Assembly: GCA_963762145.1 (NCBI GenBank)
Contig: CAVXJS010000019.1
Coordinates: 64,001-128,000, forward strand
DNA length: 64,000 nucleotides
Reading direction: 5' to 3'
Origin: an uncultured Candidatus Rokubacteria bacterium
GTDB lineage: Bacteria > Methylomirabilota > Methylomirabilia > Rokubacteriales > CSP1-6
Part shown: one piece after another, positions 51,175 through 60,933 of the stretch
Layout: the number at the start of each line of letters is the position of its first letter
Position numbering within the stretch: the first letter of the stretch is position 1
Notes under the pieces: generated by a model
The model's database searches: none
Seen by the model: the letters and a program-made list of their open reading frames with translations, nothing else
Told to the model about the DNA's origin: nothing
Translations under genes and position numbers: made by a program

Positions 51175-52341
51175 CTAGACGTTCCGGTACACGCTGGTCT
51201 CGAACTGCCCGAGCAGATCGATCGCGGTGTCGTCGTAGAACGGCAACAGCTGCGACGCGAAGACGCCGGACACGCGCTTGGTGCGGTCGATCCAGAAGTA
51301 GGTGTTGGCGAGCCCGGCCCAGGCCAGCGAGTTGGCCGAGCGGCCGCCCGGCACCGCCTTGGTGTTGATCAGGAAGCTCAGTCCCCACTTCTTGCTCATG
51401 CCCGGGAAGAGCTCGACGTCGTTCGACAGCGGGGGCGCCGCGGTCTTGAGCGCGCCGATCTCGAGATCGCCGATGTGGTTCTGGGCCATGAGGTCCACCG
51501 TGCCCTTCTGCAGCACCTGCGCGCCGTTGTGCGTGCCGCCGTTCATGATCATGCGGCAGAACTGGAGGTAGTCGGGGACGGTGCCGTAGAGGCCGCCGCC
51601 CCCCATGTGGAACTCCGGCTCCGGCGGGAGCCCGAACTCGATCGGGGCGAGCGCTCCGTCGGGTCCGCGGCCGTGCATCGCGGAGAGCCGCGCCTGCTGC
51701 GAAGCCGAGAGCTTGAACGAGGTGTCCTTCATGCCGAGCGGCCCGAGGATGTTGTCCTGGAGGTAACGGTCGAGCCGCTGGCCGCTCACCGCCTCCACCA
51801 TCTTGCCGGCCCAGTCGATGTTGATGCCGTAGTCCCACTTGTCTCCCGGATCGAACAGGAGCGGGGTGCCGAGCGCCGCGTTCGTGCAGGTCGTGATCCC
51901 GGGGGTGCCGGTGGCCTGCTGGAACTGGGCGATGGCGGGGCTCCAGATCTCGTAGGAGAAGCCGGCGGTGTGGGTCAGGAGATGGCGGAGGGTCATCGGC
52001 CGCTTCGGCGCCCGCAGCCGCGGCTGGCCCGCTGCGTCGAAGCCCTCGAGCACGCGGGCCGCGCCCAGCTCGGGCACCACCTCCGCGGCGGGCCGCTCCA
52101 GCGAGAGCTTGCCGCGCTCCACGAGCTGCATCGCGGCGGCTCCGGTGATCGCCTTGGTCATGGAGGCGATCCACACCACGGTGTCGAGGGTCATCGGGGC
52201 TGGCTTGCCGATCTCGCGCTGGCCGAATGCTCCCTCGTAGAGAACGCCCTTGTCGGTGGTCGCCATCGCGACGATGCCGGGGATCTTCTTGGCGGCGACG
52301 GCCTGGCTGAATGTCGAGTCGAGGCTCTTGAAGTCGGCCAT
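51175..52341 (-). CDS. Serine hydrolase, beta-lactamase family (cytoplasmic esterase)
   Basis: WIASMTK, LLTHTAG, WDYG, WAGLANT. Confidence 0.93.
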   Translation of the reverse strand: MADFKSLDSTFSQAVAAKKIPGIVAMATTDKGVLYEGAFGQREIGKPAPMTLDTVVWIASMTKAITGAAAMQLVERGKLSLERPAAEVVPELGAARVLEGFDAAGQPRLRAPKRPMTLRHLLTHTAGFSYEIWSPAIAQFQQATGTPGITTCTNAALGTPLLFDPGDKWDYGINIDWAGKMVEAVSGQRLDRYLQDNILGPLGMKDTSFKLSASQQARLSAMHGRGPDGALAPIEFGLPPEPEFHMGGGGLYGTVPDYLQFCRMIMNGGTHNGAQVLQKGTVDLMAQNHIGDLEIGALKTAAPPLSNDVELFPGMSKKWGLSFLINTKAVPGGRSANSLAWAGLANTYFWIDRTKRVSGVFASQLLPFYDDTAIDLLGQFETSVYRNV

Positions 52342-52434
52342 GGTCAGCCTCCTTGCTGATGGTGGAGCGGTTGCGGGTTGGCTCGGGTGCGGACGCCCCC
52401 GACGCTACCGCCGGGGGCGTCCGAGATCAAGCGC

Positions 52435-53724
52435 TCAGGCCGGGGCGGGCACCGGCTCCGGGGTGCCGCCGCCCCCGCCACCCCCGCCACCCCCGCGACC
52501 CCGTCCGCGCCCCCCGCGCCGGCGCCGGCGCCGGCGCGACCGGTGCGGGGCGTCGGGCGTTGCCGAGGAGGTCGTGTTGCCGGCGGCTTCGTTGCCCGGC
52601 GTCGCCTCGTCGTCCGGAGCCTCCTGGTCGATCTCGACGGGCTCGAGCTCGGCATCCGCCATCGGGCCCGTCTCGGCCGGTGTCGGCGCGGCGCCACCCG
52701 CGGCGTCCGCCAGTGTGATGCGACCGGTCTGGCTCACCACGAGCTGGCGAATCCGGCGGAGGCGGGTGATCAGCCGGGGCGAGCCCGGCGGCCGGCTGAA
52801 GCCGCGCTCCTTGAGCGCGCGGGCCAGCGTGTCGATGAGCACCGCGCCGTTGGGCGCATGGTCGGCCAGCTCCCGGACGACCTCCACCAGCTCGTCGTGG
52901 GGCGCGGTGTGCGCATCGGGCTCACCGTGACTGCGCGCCGGCTCGGCCGCGCGCGCCGACGGGGCCGGGCTCGGCGTGCTGCTCCGCGCCGGCATCGGCC
53001 CGCGCCCGCCCTGATCGAAGCGCCGGCCGCCGCGGCCGCCCCGGCGCCGCCCACGTCCGCCGCGCCGGCCGCCGCGACCCTCGCGGGGTGCCGGCGCCGC
53101 GGCCGCGGGCGCTTCCTCGGCGGATGCGGCCAGGCCGGCGGTGAGGTTGCGGTAGGACAGGCGGCGATACTCGACGCCGAGCACCGCGGCCACGTCGCCG
53201 ACCGCGTCGAAGGCGCGGTCGTCGGAGATGATCTCGATCAGGTCCCCGGGCCGCCCGCTGCCGAGCCACACGCCCGCGCTCACCGCGATGCGCAGATCGC
53301 TCCAGTCCCGCACGCCGGTGGAGGGCGCGCTGTGGACGAGCTGGGCGCCCCGCCGGGCCAGGAGCCGCGCGCTGTCGGCGCCGATGACGCGCCAGTTGCC
53401 CACCGCGATCAGGTCCACGCGGCGGTCGGCGCGGTCGATCGCGAGGTGGTCGAGGACGCGACCGATGTGATCGGCCCGGCTCGAGTTCTCCACGTCCACG
53501 AAGATCGCGCGCCGGCCGGTCGGCAGCGGCGCCGGCGCGGCGGCCGGCTTCACGCGGCCGGCGAAGACCCGCTCGGGCGTGGCGGTGCGTACCGCGAGCG
53601 CGGTCGTCTCGGGCTCCGGCGGATCGGCGGGAGGTGCGGCGACCCGGGTGCGGGTCGGCTTGGTCGGCTTCGGTTTGACGGGTTTTCGGGATCGACTGGG
53701 GATCGGTCGCTTTTTCTTTGCCAT
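52435..53724 (-). CDS. NYN (PIN-fold) domain + OST-HTH/LOTUS domain protein with Arg/Gly-rich tails
   Basis: IFVDVEN, DWSDLRI, ISDDRAF; LIDTLARALKERGF..RLITRLR. Confidence 0.8.
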   Translation of the reverse strand: MAKKKRPIPSRSRKPVKPKPTKPTRTRVAAPPADPPEPETTALAVRTATPERVFAGRVKPAAAPAPLPTGRRAIFVDVENSSRADHIGRVLDHLAIDRADRRVDLIAVGNWRVIGADSARLLARRGAQLVHSAPSTGVRDWSDLRIAVSAGVWLGSGRPGDLIEIISDDRAFDAVGDVAAVLGVEYRRLSYRNLTAGLAASAEEAPAAAAPAPREGRGGRRGGRGRRRGGRGGRRFDQGGRGPMPARSSTPSPAPSARAAEPARSHGEPDAHTAPHDELVEVVRELADHAPNGAVLIDTLARALKERGFSRPPGSPRLITRLRRIRQLVVSQTGRITLADAAGGAAPTPAETGPMADAELEPVEIDQEAPDDEATPGNEAAGNTTSSATPDAPHRSRRRRRRRGGRGRGRGGGGGGGGGGTPEPVPAPA

Positions 53725-53784
53725 GGCTGACGAGCCTAGCACTTCCGCACGCGGAGCGGTCGGCCGAAATCCCTGCGGGACCCT

Positions 53785-55044
53785 CTACGCGAGCATCCGG
53801 GCCAGGACGGCACCCTCGACGGCGTCCATCCGGAGGCCCAAGACGCTCGCCACGGTCGGCGCCACGTCGCGGCTCCTGATCGCGCCCAGGGCCACGTCGC
53901 GCCGGACTCCCGCGCCGGCGGCCAGGAAGAAGGCCGCGTTGTCGCCGTAGAGCGGCCGCTGGCCGTGAGTGCCCAGGTACTTCGGCGTGCCGTGCTCCTC
54001 CGGACCCTCCGCGGTGTCGCCGTAGGAGTAGCCGGGCGCGGCCTCGAACATCACGTCGGCCACCTGAGCGTGCTCGTCGGGCGTGGGCAGGTCCAGGGCG
54101 CCGTACTCCGCGGCGGGCCACATGCCGCTCACGCCTTCCATGGCCGCGATCTCCCGGGCGAGCTGGTGCACCGCGGCGAGATCGCCGTCGAGCCGGTAGA
54201 GCGCGCCCGCGCCGTGATTCATCACGAAGCGCGCCTCGCGCTCCGCCCCCAGCGTGCGCAGCTTCACGTTGGGCCGGATCTCGCGATGCGACGGCAGGAA
54301 GCCGTGGTCGGACACCACGAACACGGTGGTCCGGTCGAGGCCCGGATCGCCGAGCGAGTCGAGGAAGCGGCCGATCAGGCCGTCCACGTACTCGAGGGCC
54401 CAGTAGGCCTCGGGCGATCGGGGCCCGTGGAGATGCTGCAGGCTGTCCACGCACAGGAAGTGCAGGAGGAGCAGCGCGGGCTCGTGACGGCGCGCGGCGT
54501 GGGCCGCCACCCGGCCGACCATCTCGTCCTTGAGGAAGCGCTTCGGCAGGAGCGCCCACTCGCCCTGCCGGTGCATCGGGTAGCCGAGCGCGGCCAGCTC
54601 CTCCCACACCGTCCGCGCGGTCTGCGTCTCGAACACGCGCTGGTCCTTGAAGAAGGGCAGGTTGAAGTCGAGCGTGGCGGCGTTGCGCGTGGCCGGCCAG
54701 TCCACCGCCGCGGTGCGCAGGCCCGCGGCGTGGGCCACGTCGTAGACCGTCGGCGCTCGGAGCAGCGCGGGCGCGTCGTAGATCGGATCGCCGGTGAGAT
54801 CCTCGGTCGCGCGCGTGCCGCGGTTCAGGATGTGGTTCGCCACCACGCCGTGGACGCGCGGGCTCACGCCGGTCACCATGCTGACGTGGGTGGGCCACGT
54901 GGTGCTGGGGAAGACCGTCTCCATGCCCGAGGCGCGGGCGCCGCGCTCGGCGAGGCGGCGCAGACGCGGCAGGCGCGCCTGCGGATCCGTCCAGTAGAAC
55001 GCCGCGAAGCCGTCGATGCTGATGACGACGACGCGGGGCTCCAC
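53785..55044 (-). CDS. Nucleotide pyrophosphatase/phosphodiesterase (alkaline phosphatase superfamily)
   Basis: ISIDG, FPSTTWPTH, DSLQH, SDHG, GTHG. Confidence 0.92.
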   Translation of the reverse strand: MEPRVVVISIDGFAAFYWTDPQARLPRLRRLAERGARASGMETVFPSTTWPTHVSMVTGVSPRVHGVVANHILNRGTRATEDLTGDPIYDAPALLRAPTVYDVAHAAGLRTAAVDWPATRNAATLDFNLPFFKDQRVFETQTARTVWEELAALGYPMHRQGEWALLPKRFLKDEMVGRVAAHAARRHEPALLLLHFLCVDSLQHLHGPRSPEAYWALEYVDGLIGRFLDSLGDPGLDRTTVFVVSDHGFLPSHREIRPNVKLRTLGAEREARFVMNHGAGALYRLDGDLAAVHQLAREIAAMEGVSGMWPAAEYGALDLPTPDEHAQVADVMFEAAPGYSYGDTAEGPEEHGTPKYLGTHGQRPLYGDNAAFFLAAGAGVRRDVALGAIRSRDVAPTVASVLGLRMDAVEGAVLARMLA

Positions 55045-55053
55045 GGGCGCGAG

Positions 55054-56037
55054 CTAGGCCGAAGCCGCGGTGGCGGTGGCCCGGGCCCTCGCGCGGTACT
55101 TCTCGAGGTTGCCGCCCGACTTGAGCTTGCCGGGCAGGGGGTGGCCCACCACGCGCTCGGCGAGCTGTCCGGCCTCGATCATCGCGTCGAGATCGATGCC
55201 GGTGTGCACGCCCATCTCCTGGCAGAGGAAGACCATGTCCTCGGTGGTGACGTTGCCGGCCGCGCCCTTGTGGGCTGCGAACGGGCAGCCGCCCAGGCCC
55301 GCCACCGCGCTATCGAAGCGGTCGACGCCGATCTCGAGCGCGGCGACCACGTTGGCGATGGCGAGCGCGCGCGTGTCGTGCAGGTGCAGCTTCACCGGGA
55401 TCTCCGGCCAGCGCGTGCGGACCGCGCCGACGAGCCGCTTGATCTGCAGAGGGTTCGCCCAGCCCATCGTGTCGGCCAGGCTGACGTTGCCGAGCCGCGA
55501 GCCGCAGCCCACCGCCTGCTCCTCCACCTTCTCGATCACGTTGATCACCTGGGCGGGCGTCACGTCGCCTTCGTAGTTGCAGCCGAAGGCGGCCATCACT
55601 CCCACGTCGATCCAGTCCATGCCGAGCGCCTGGTAGCGCCGGGCCCAGCCCGGCAGCTCGGCGATCTTCTCGTCCACGCTGCGATTGGTGTTCTTGCGCG
55701 TGAAGGTGTCGGTGGCCGCCACCCCGAACATCGGCCGCAACGCGAGCGACTCGCGCAGGCGCGCGGCCCGCTCGAGCCCCGCCTCGTTGAGCCAGATCGC
55801 CTCGTAGGCGACGCCGGGCACGCGCTTGATGCCCGCCACCATCTGGTCGGCGTCGGCCATCTGGGGCACCCACTTGGGGCTCACGAAGGACGTGAACTCG
55901 ATGATGGAGACGCCGGTGTCGGACAGAGCGTCCACCAGGGAGATCTTCGCGGCGAGGCTGATGTCGCCCTTCTCGAACTGGAAGCCCTCGCGCGGGCCCA
56001 CTTCCTTGATCGTGACGTGGCTCGGCATGTCGCTCAT
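55054..56037 (-). CDS. Hydroxymethylglutaryl-CoA lyase family protein
   Basis: EVGPREGFQ, SFVSPKWVPQMAD, LADTMG, LHLHDT, GLGGCPF. Confidence 0.93.
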   Translation of the reverse strand: MSDMPSHVTIKEVGPREGFQFEKGDISLAAKISLVDALSDTGVSIIEFTSFVSPKWVPQMADADQMVAGIKRVPGVAYEAIWLNEAGLERAARLRESLALRPMFGVAATDTFTRKNTNRSVDEKIAELPGWARRYQALGMDWIDVGVMAAFGCNYEGDVTPAQVINVIEKVEEQAVGCGSRLGNVSLADTMGWANPLQIKRLVGAVRTRWPEIPVKLHLHDTRALAIANVVAALEIGVDRFDSAVAGLGGCPFAAHKGAAGNVTTEDMVFLCQEMGVHTGIDLDAMIEAGQLAERVVGHPLPGKLKSGGNLEKYRARARATATAASA

Positions 56038-57230
56038 GCGATGACCCTCCGTGACGCAAGCGCGTCGATCTCGTCGGTCTCGAGGCCCAGCTCGCGGAGC
56101 ACTTCACGCGTGTGCTCGCCCAGCGTCGGCGCCGGGCGCTGGAGCCCCATGTCGAAGGCGGTGCTGTGCACCGGCAGCTTGGGCAGCTTCGCGGTCACGC
56201 CACCGGGGAGGGGGGTGTCCAGGAGCTGCCCCGTCGCCTGCAGGTGCGCGTCGTCCAGGAGCTGATCGGGGCGTCGCAGCGGCGCGAACGGCACCCGGCA
56301 GCGCTCGAGCCGCTCGGAGAGCTCCATGCTCGAGTAGCGGAGCATCTCCTCCGCGATGCGCGCGGGCAGCCAGGCGCGCGCGGCGACGCGCTTGGCGTTG
56401 TCATCCAGGCGCTCGTCCGCGCGGAGATCCTTGAGCCCGAACTCGTCGCAGAAGCGCTCCCAGTGGCCGTTGGACGTGATGCCGATGAAGACCTGCTCGC
56501 CGTCGGCCGCGGTGAAGAGCTGGTACACCCCCCAGCCCATGCGCGTGCCCTGGCGGATCTCCGGCATCGGCACCGACGGCTGGCCGGTGGCCGCGTGCTG
56601 GGCGAGCCACTGCCCGACCCAGAAGACGACGGTCTCGAAGAGGCCCGAGGTGATCTTCTGCCCGCGGCCGGTCTGCGCCCGCTGATGGAGCGCGGCCAGG
56701 ACCGCGATCACGCCGTAGGCCGCCGCGCCCACGTCCACGATCGAGGCGCCCGCGCGCAGGGGCTGGCCGCGCGGCCCGGTCATGAAGGCGAGCCCGGCCG
56801 ACATCTGCGCGAGCTCGTCCAGGAAGGGCCGCGCCTCCGAAGGGCCGGGGAGGAAGCCCTTGAGGGCCAGGTAGATGATGCCGGGATGCACGCGCGCGAG
56901 CACGTCGTAGCCCAGGCCCAGACCCTCGACGGCGCCGTAGGCGAAGTTGTCGATGACCACGTCCGCGCCCGCGACGAGGCGCAGGAAGAGGGCCCGGCCG
57001 TCGGCCGAGCCCTTGAGGTCGATCGCGATCGAGCGCTTGTTGCGGTTCAGGAAGTGGAAATTGGCCGCGGTGCCCGCCGGCATGCCCCGCGACTGGTCGC
57101 CCTCCCCGGGCCGCTCCACCTTGATCACGTCGGCGCCCAGATCGGCCAGCAGCAGGCCCGCCGAGGGGCCCGCGATGATGTGGCCGAGCTCGAGGACGCG
57201 CACGCCCTCGAGGGGAAGCGAGGTGGTCAT
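56034..57230 (-). CDS. CaiB/BaiF family III CoA-transferase
   Basis: PLEGVRVLE, AGP, LADLGADVIKVE, NRNKRS. Confidence 0.93.
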   Translation of the reverse strand: MTTSLPLEGVRVLELGHIIAGPSAGLLLADLGADVIKVERPGEGDQSRGMPAGTAANFHFLNRNKRSIAIDLKGSADGRALFLRLVAGADVVIDNFAYGAVEGLGLGYDVLARVHPGIIYLALKGFLPGPSEARPFLDELAQMSAGLAFMTGPRGQPLRAGASIVDVGAAAYGVIAVLAALHQRAQTGRGQKITSGLFETVVFWVGQWLAQHAATGQPSVPMPEIRQGTRMGWGVYQLFTAADGEQVFIGITSNGHWERFCDEFGLKDLRADERLDDNAKRVAARAWLPARIAEEMLRYSSMELSERLERCRVPFAPLRRPDQLLDDAHLQATGQLLDTPLPGGVTAKLPKLPVHSTAFDMGLQRPAPTLGEHTREVLRELGLETDEIDALASRRVIA

Positions 57231-57339
57231 GGCGCGGGTATTGTATCGTGCCCTTGGGCCCGCGCGCGGCCCCATACGTCCTGCCTCCCACGCCCGCCGA
57301 CGCTGGTAGACTCGCGGCCAGACCGTGAGGAGAAACCAA

Positions 57340-58338
57340 ATGGACGCCGGTGACTCGCCCGAGATCCCGCGACGCGCCTTCATGGCGGTCGTCGCGGGCA
57401 GCCTCCTCACCGCGCCGTTCGCGGCCGAGGCGCAGCGGCCGGACCGGATTCGGCGCCTCGGCATCGTCCTCTTCAGTCAGCAGGATCTGGCCGTCATCGG
57501 GCCGTGCCTCGAGGAGCTGAAGGCGCTCGGTTACGTGGACGGCAAGACCATCGCCATCGAGTATCGGGACGCGGAAGGACAGTATGGGCGACTTGCAGGA
57601 CTGGCCGCGGAGCTGGTCCGCCTTGGCCCGGACGTGATCTTTTCGTTCGGCGGCGAGCAGGCCCCTATTGTCAAGAGAGCGACGGCGTCGATTCCGATCG
57701 TCGTGGTCGTGAGCAACGATCCGGTTGCGAGCGGGCTCGTGGCGAGCCTCGCGCGGCCAGGCGGGAATGTCACCGGGGTCACGTATGTCCACGATGCGCT
57801 GGCCGGAAAGTCGATCGAGCTGCTCAAGCACGCGGCCCCCTGGGTATCGCGGGTTGCCATGTTATGGAATCCGGATCATACGGATCCCGAGTACCGCGAG
57901 ACGCAGCGCGCGGCAGGGGCGTTGCGAGTCCAGCTCCAATCGCTCGAGGTGCGGGCGGTGAGTGATTTCGAAGGCGCGTTCCAGGCCGCGATCCGCGAGC
58001 GGGCGGAAGCGCTCATCGTCGCGGGATCTCGCCTCTTGAATCTGAATCGGCGGCGGATTGGAGACTTCGCGGCAAACAATCGACTCATTCTCGTCGGCAC
58101 GCCGAGGTGGCTACTGGAGATCGGGGCCCTGCTGACCTACGGGCCCAATGCGGTCGAGCTGAACCGGCGCGCCGCCGGTTACGTCGACAAGATCCTCAAG
58201 GGTGCCAAGCCGGCCGACCTGCCGATGCTGCAGCCCGCCACCTTCGAGCTGGTGATCAACCGGAGAGCCGCCAAGAGCCTCGGCCTGACGGTCCCGCCAT
58301 CGCTCCTGCAGCGAGCGGATCAGGTGATCGAAGAGTGA
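57340..58338 (+). CDS. ABC transporter substrate-binding protein (ABC_sub_bind family), orphan
   Basis: RRAFM Tat-like motif, DPVASGLVASLARPGGNVTG, YVDKILKGAKPADLP. Confidence 0.92.
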   Translation: MDAGDSPEIPRRAFMAVVAGSLLTAPFAAEAQRPDRIRRLGIVLFSQQDLAVIGPCLEELKALGYVDGKTIAIEYRDAEGQYGRLAGLAAELVRLGPDVIFSFGGEQAPIVKRATASIPIVVVVSNDPVASGLVASLARPGGNVTGVTYVHDALAGKSIELLKHAAPWVSRVAMLWNPDHTDPEYRETQRAAGALRVQLQSLEVRAVSDFEGAFQAAIRERAEALIVAGSRLLNLNRRRIGDFAANNRLILVGTPRWLLEIGALLTYGPNAVELNRRAAGYVDKILKGAKPADLPMLQPATFELVINRRAAKSLGLTVPPSLLQRADQVIEE

Positions 58339-58426
58339 TGTGCGCGGGCCGGCGGGTTGCGCGGCCGGGAGCGCTCTGATACCGTCGGTCGCGCTGGCAG
58401 CAAGATCACGGGAGGGGAGCACCGCG

Positions 58427-58978
58427 ATGCCCATCGAAGCTCGGCGCTGGCTCTGGATCCTCCTGCTCACCGCGGCGAGCGTGTTCGTCACCCTCGGCAT
58501 GGCGTGCGCCACCCCCTTCGCCGCGCTCGCGACGCTGGCCGCGCTCCACATGAGCCGGCGCGACGGGCTCACCCTGATCGGGATCGCCTGGCTCGCCGAT
58601 CAGGCGGTCGGCTACGGCCTGCTCGGGTATCCGCGCACCGCGAACAGCCTCGCGTGGGGCGTCGTCCTGGGCGTCGGCGCGTTCGCGGCGCTGCTCGCCG
58701 CTCAGACGCTGGCCGATCGCGTGCGCGCCCGCGGGGCGGTGCTGGCCGGCGCGGCCGCGTTCGGGGGCGCGTTCGTGACGTACCAGGCGGTGCTCGTGGC
58801 CGCGACCCCGGTGCTGGCGAGCGGCGCCGAGGCGTTCTCGCTGCCGATCGTGGGCTGGGTGCTTCGCGTGAACCTGCTCTCGCTGGCGGGACTGCTCGTC
58901 CTCTACCGGCTCGCGGTCTGGATCGGGCTCGTGACGCGTGCGCCTCTCGGAGCGCGGGCGACCGTCACGGCAGGCTGA
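58427..58978 (+). CDS. Hypothetical integral membrane protein (ACATPFAALA motif)
   Basis: SD GGAGG; 5-6 TM segments. Confidence 0.7.
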   Translation: MPIEARRWLWILLLTAASVFVTLGMACATPFAALATLAALHMSRRDGLTLIGIAWLADQAVGYGLLGYPRTANSLAWGVVLGVGAFAALLAAQTLADRVRARGAVLAGAAAFGGAFVTYQAVLVAATPVLASGAEAFSLPIVGWVLRVNLLSLAGLLVLYRLAVWIGLVTRAPLGARATVTAG

Positions 58979-58982
58979 TCCC

Positions 58983-59798
58983 GTGAGCGGCACCGGCAAG
59001 CTGGACCGGCCGGGCGGGTCGCTGCACTTCGAGGTCATCGACGCGACCCCGCCCTGGGCCGGCGACGCGCCGCTGATCGTCTTCCACCACGGCATCGGGG
59101 CCACCGCCGACATCTGGGCGGAGTGGCTCCCCGCCCTGCTCGACCGCTACCGCGTCGCCCGCTTCGACATGCTGGGCTTCGGCCGCTCCGGTGTGCCGGG
59201 GCCGGGCTTTCCCTGGTCGCTCGAGGAGCTGATGGCGGACGCGCTCGAGGTCGCCCGGGCTGCCGGGGCCGAGCGCTTTCACTTCGTCGGCGAGTCGGTG
59301 GGGGGGACCGTCGGCCTGCTGCTCGGGAGCCGGCGCCCCGATTCGCTGCTGAGCCTGACCGTGTCGAATGCCTCGCACCGCGGCGGCTCGATCCAGCGGG
59401 CGCGCGAGTGGCGGGAGTTCATCCGGGTCAGCGGCATGGCCAAGTGGGGCGAGATGATGACGCCGCTGCGCCTCGATCGCGATCGGACCCCGGAGGCGCA
59501 GTACCGCTGGTTCGAGCGCGCCCAGGCCCAGTGCGCAGCGGACGCCGTGCTCGATCTGGCCGACGTGCTCATCGGCAGCGATCTCTCGCCCGAGCTGGGC
59601 CGCATCCCCGTGCCGACGCTCCTGCTCGCCCCCGGCCGGAGCCCGTTCGTGCCGCTCCCGGTCATGGAGGAGATGCACGCGGGGATCGCAGGCTCGGAGC
59701 TCGTCGTCTTCCCCGACGCGCGCCACGGCCTGCCGTGCTCGCACGGGGTCGCGTGCGGGCGGGCCCTCCGCGCCTTCCTCGACCGCCGCGCCGCCTAG
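58983..59798 (+). CDS. Alpha/beta hydrolase (PcaD-like fold)
   Basis: FHHGIG, FDMLGFGRS, GESVGG, ARHG. Confidence 0.88.
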   Translation: MSGTGKLDRPGGSLHFEVIDATPPWAGDAPLIVFHHGIGATADIWAEWLPALLDRYRVARFDMLGFGRSGVPGPGFPWSLEELMADALEVARAAGAERFHFVGESVGGTVGLLLGSRRPDSLLSLTVSNASHRGGSIQRAREWREFIRVSGMAKWGEMMTPLRLDRDRTPEAQYRWFERAQAQCAADAVLDLADVLIGSDLSPELGRIPVPTLLLAPGRSPFVPLPVMEEMHAGIAGSELVVFPDARHGLPCSHGVACGRALRAFLDRRAA

Positions 59799-59802
59799 CC
59801 CG

Positions 59803-60933
59803 ATGCCGGTCTCCCCGGCCGTCGCGGAGACGACGGACGCGCTCCTGGCCGCCCTGCTCGGTGCGCTCGACCGCGTCGAGTGGGCGCAGCGGCAGCTCTT
59901 CCCGCCGCGTGCGCTCGAGCTGGCCGATCGCCTGATGCCGCACGCCGAGCGCCTCGCCGGGCCCCTCTCTGCGCTCGAAGCGGCCGCCTGGCCCGACGAC
60001 CTGCGCCTGCTCCGCGAGCGGCTCGCCCAGGTCACGCGCCAGGCGATCGACCTGATCGGCGCCTTTACGGCTGCCGCCCGGACCGGCGAGCCCATCGAGC
60101 TCTACCGCGCCCTGCGCCGCTTCGCGCCGCTCCAGGAGGCACTCTACCCGCTCGCGCCGGTGCTGGATCCGGTGAGCCGGTGGTTCATCGAGCCGGGCCG
60201 TCGCGGCGACGACGTATTGCTCCGGCGGCTGCGCGACGCCGCGCTCCGCGAGGACGGCGCCCGCGTCGGCGTGCTCCACGCGCGCAACGACCACGGCAGC
60301 CGCGGCGGGCTCTCGCTCTACGTGCCCGAGACGTGGGAGGCGGACGGGCCGCCGGCGCCGCTCGTCGTGGCGCTGCACGGTGGCAGCGGCCACGGGCGCG
60401 ACTTTCTGTGGGCCTGGCTCCGCGAGGCGCGCACGCGCGGCGTGCTCCTGCTCTCCCCGACCGCGCTCGATCGCACGTGGTCCATCATGGGCGGGGAGGA
60501 CGTGGACGCGCCGCGCCTCCAGGCCGCCGTGAAGGACGTCGCGGCGCGCTACCACGTGGACCGGTCGCGCGTGCTGCTCACCGGCATGTCCGACGGCGCC
60601 ACCTATGCGCTGCTCTGCGGGCTCGCCGCGGGCATGCCGTTCACGCACCTGGCCCCGGCCTGTGGCGTGCTCCACCCGTTCCTGCTGGCACGCGGCGACA
60701 TCCAGCACGCGCGCGGCCGCCCGATCTACCTGGTCCACGGCGCGCTCGACTGGATGTTCCCGGTGCAGACCGCGCGCATGAGCCGGGACGCGCTCGAGAT
60801 GGCGGGGGCGCGGGTCGTCTACCGCGAGATCGAGGACCTCTCGCACACGTATCCGCGGGACGAGAACCCGCGGATCCTCGACTGGCTGCTGGGCCCGGTC
60901 AGCTCGTGGGAGTCGGCGCCGCGAAGCGGTTGA
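59803..60933 (+). CDS. Phospholipase/carboxylesterase with N-terminal helical extension
   Basis: ALHGGSGHG, TGMSDG, HGALDWMF, LSHTY. Confidence 0.85.
   Translation: MPVSPAVAETTDALLAALLGALDRVEWAQRQLFPPRALELADRLMPHAERLAGPLSALEAAAWPDDLRLLRERLAQVTRQAIDLIGAFTAAARTGEPIELYRALRRFAPLQEALYPLAPVLDPVSRWFIEPGRRGDDVLLRRLRDAALREDGARVGVLHARNDHGSRGGLSLYVPETWEADGPPAPLVVALHGGSGHGRDFLWAWLREARTRGVLLLSPTALDRTWSIMGGEDVDAPRLQAAVKDVAARYHVDRSRVLLTGMSDGATYALLCGLAAGMPFTHLAPACGVLHPFLLARGDIQHARGRPIYLVHGALDWMFPVQTARMSRDALEMAGARVVYREIEDLSHTYPRDENPRILDWLLGPVSSWESAPRSG

Noticed and set aside
47237-52341. True beta-lactamase resistance genes
   Set aside because: The sequences fit family VIII esterase-like serine hydrolases (WGG/WAG in place of KTG); nothing supports a resistance function.
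52460-52540. Short tandem repeats (GCCACCCCC, GCCGGC)
   Set aside because: They simply encode the poly-Gly and poly-Arg tail of the NYN protein; not a CRISPR or VNTR array.
58339-58426. Riboswitch upstream of the membrane protein gene
   Set aside because: The region is short and lacks recognisable cobalamin, TPP or SAM motifs.
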